Assembly: GCA_948441955.1 (NCBI GenBank)
Contig: CAOJQZ010000003.1
Coordinates: 869-64,868 of the forward strand
Reading direction: 5' to 3'
Origin: an uncultured Lachnospiraceae bacterium
GTDB taxonomy: Bacteria > Bacillota > Clostridia > Lachnospirales > Lachnospiraceae
DNA: 64,000 nucleotides
In this document: positions 62,312-64,000 of the stretch, in pieces
Position numbering within the stretch: the stretch's first letter is position 1
Layout: each line of letters opens with the position of its first letter
Made by a program: the position numbers and the translations under genes
The notes under the pieces: model-generated
Database searches by the model: none
Told to the model about the DNA's origin: nothing
Seen by the model: the letters and a program-made list of their open reading frames with translations, nothing else

Positions 62312-64000
62312 TTAGCTTTCTCCTCCGGATTTAACAAACGCGATACCAGCCTTTGAAACAGCGTTTTGTGTAACGGATAAAGGGATCATTTTCATGGTGT
62401 ACATATCAGCTCCCCGTTTTGCATACAATCTCTCTGTGATTGTAGCGTCCTTTTCAAGCTGAAAGATAACATTTCCGTTGTAATAGCCTTTGATCCCGTC
62501 CATTTTTAATGTAGAACGCGTTCCCTCCACAGGGTTACTTACCTCAATCCCATCGATGGACAGCGTAACATTCGTCTGCTGATCCGGAACGTCGTCTCCA
62601 TGATACATGGATAATTTTTTGAATAGAATTTTCCATTCTTCCGCTGTCTGTATCACTTCGGACTGACTTAGAACCTCGTCCTTTAGCGCCTTAAGCTGTG
62701 AACGGAGACTATCGATGGTTAACAGGAATTCCGCCTGTACAGTATTCATTTTTTCATCCAGAGTGTCTGTATTTGACTGTATATTTTCAATGTTGCTGAG
62801 CATACTTCCGATTTGAACGTCGAAGCTGTCATGGGTCTGTTTCAGAGCGCTGTATATTTGTTCCGTCTCATTTTGAATATGGGAGGATATGGAAGCCATA
62901 TTCTGCCTTATAGAGGAAAAGGTATTTACAATAGAAGTGTCGTTTAAGTAATAACACTTTCCATGCTCTGTCTCCTCATAAGAGCCCTGCATATCAGAAT
63001 CAAACAATGTGATCCAGTCTGTTCCGTTTTCAGATACCTGTAATCTATGGTTGTAGCATCGGCTGCCAGAATGCCGGTGCCAGACACAGATAGAGTCAAT
63101 GTCTTTTCTGATGCTTCCTAAATCCAGCTCCAGGCACTGCCATCCGCCGGATGAGAAAATATAACGCTCGTTATCCATAATCCCGTCTGTGTAGTAATCC
63201 AGATGATGCAGTGTGATGATTTCGCCGGTTTCATTTTTGGCGGCGGGGATAATGCCCCTTGCGATGTTAAAATCATTTACATTCACCTGACAGGCAGTCC
63301 AGCAGTTGTTTACATCTTCCGAATTTCCATTTAACCAGTCTCTAATATACCGGATTGACGCGATGGGCATGTCTTTTTTCTTAGAAACTGTTGAAGATAT
63401 CTCGTCGGACTTCAAGGTTAATGAAGTAATATTGCTTTTGTTATCCTCAACCTGCTCTTTGATTTCATCAGCTTTTTGCGTAAATGCAGACGCCGCGGCT
63501 TCTACGTAATCCTTTGTTGCATAGGTCGCTGAAACAGCGCTTTCAAAGCCGTCTATATCCTGTTTTGCCTCAGAGATTTTTTCAGATAGCTCCTGTATGA
63601 CAGAGCCGTCTGCTTTTTGGGAAACCGCAGCTTCTACGTGTGATACTTTATCTGAGATACTTCCTATTGATACCGTATGTTCAGAAATGGTATCACGCAA
63701 CGTTTTTACAGCAGAGCCGTCATAATTGTTAATTGCTTCTGTGACTTCATTCATGCCGGCCTTCTGAGAAATTGCTTTGGTATTTTTATCAACCGTATCG
63801 GAAAGGGCTGTGACGGTATGCTTAACTTCGGTAATTTCTGTAAGGCTGCTGCCGATATCCTGAATGACAGGAACTGTAGTCTGTTCGATGGTATTTATCA
63901 TATTTCCTGCCTCATACAGGGTACAGCTGATGCGGACCGTTTCTGCAGGAGGAGTAACGGACACAGAGGCTTCGTCAGATGCAGACAGATACAGGTTCGT
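62312..64000 (-). CDS. Phage tail protein, coiled-coil plus discoidin-like domain (5' end outside window)
   Basis: Frame open to window edge; FTQKADEI/LTLKSDEISSTV repeats, RYIRDWLNG, LDLG, LQVS.NG.DW. Confidence 0.65.
   Translation of the reverse strand, partial: TNLYLSASDEASVSVTPPAETVRISCTLYEAGNMINTIEQTTVPVIQDIGSSLTEITEVKHTVTALSDTVDKNTKAISQKAGMNEVTEAINNYDGSAVKTLRDTISEHTVSIGSISDKVSHVEAAVSQKADGSVIQELSEKISEAKQDIDGFESAVSATYATKDYVEAAASAFTQKADEIKEQVEDNKSNITSLTLKSDEISSTVSKKKDMPIASIRYIRDWLNGNSEDVNNCWTACQVNVNDFNIARGIIPAAKNETGEIITLHHLDYYTDGIMDNERYIFSSGGWQCLELDLGSIRKDIDSICVWHRHSGSRCYNHRLQVSENGTDWITLFDSDMQGSYEETEHGKCYYLNDTSIVNTFSSIRQNMASISSHIQNETEQIYSALKQTHDSFDVQIGSMLSNIENIQSNTDTLDEKMNTVQAEFLLTIDSLRSQLKALKDEVLSQSEVIQTAEEWKILFKKLSMYHGDDVPDQQTNVTLSIDGIEVSNPVEGTRSTLKMDGIKGYYNGNVIFQLEKDATITERLYAKRGADMYTMKMIPLSVTQNAVSKAGIAFVKSGGES

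Larger units (their letters stand above)
59433..64000 (-). mobile_element. Prophage or phage-derived tail/lysis module (partial)
   Basis: Three co-oriented tail/tail/lysin genes next to a tRNA. Confidence 0.65.

Overview
Chromosomal window from a spore-forming clostridial Firmicute; gene content and order suggest Lachnospiraceae (inference). Left edge: an AT-rich DUF262/DUF1524 (GmrSD/SspE-like) nuclease and a GNAT. Housekeeping blocks follow: potR-potABCD; mog-rnhA-rnpB; pyrBI; pheA; rqcH; yicC-gmk-rpoZ-rimO-pgsA-cinA; an IscU-like/GGGtGRT pair; a ~16-kb peptide-utilisation region (pepT, APC permease, M18 and M42 peptidases, GntR, POT transporter, oppABCDF, with ilvNC inside); rpsT/gpr/spoIIP; a second type II topoisomerase; rimP-nusA-infB-rbfA-truB-ribF; rpsO; tRNA-Gly. 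Right edge: a phage tail + amidase module converging on the tRNA. Most unusual signals: (1) RNase P RNA gene enclosed by a 43-bp extended terminal helix and two copies of a 38-bp repeat built on a perfect palindrome; (2) a GNAT-TM-DUF4163-like fusion that could be a one-component signalling acetyltransferase; (3) a shared palindromic operator at pepT and the POT gene; (4) a Rex-like box on the uncharacterised IscU-like/GGGtGRT operon; (5) a tail/lysin module with no adjacent holin or integrase that abuts the tRNA terminator. All calls come from motif recognition by eye; no database searches were run.
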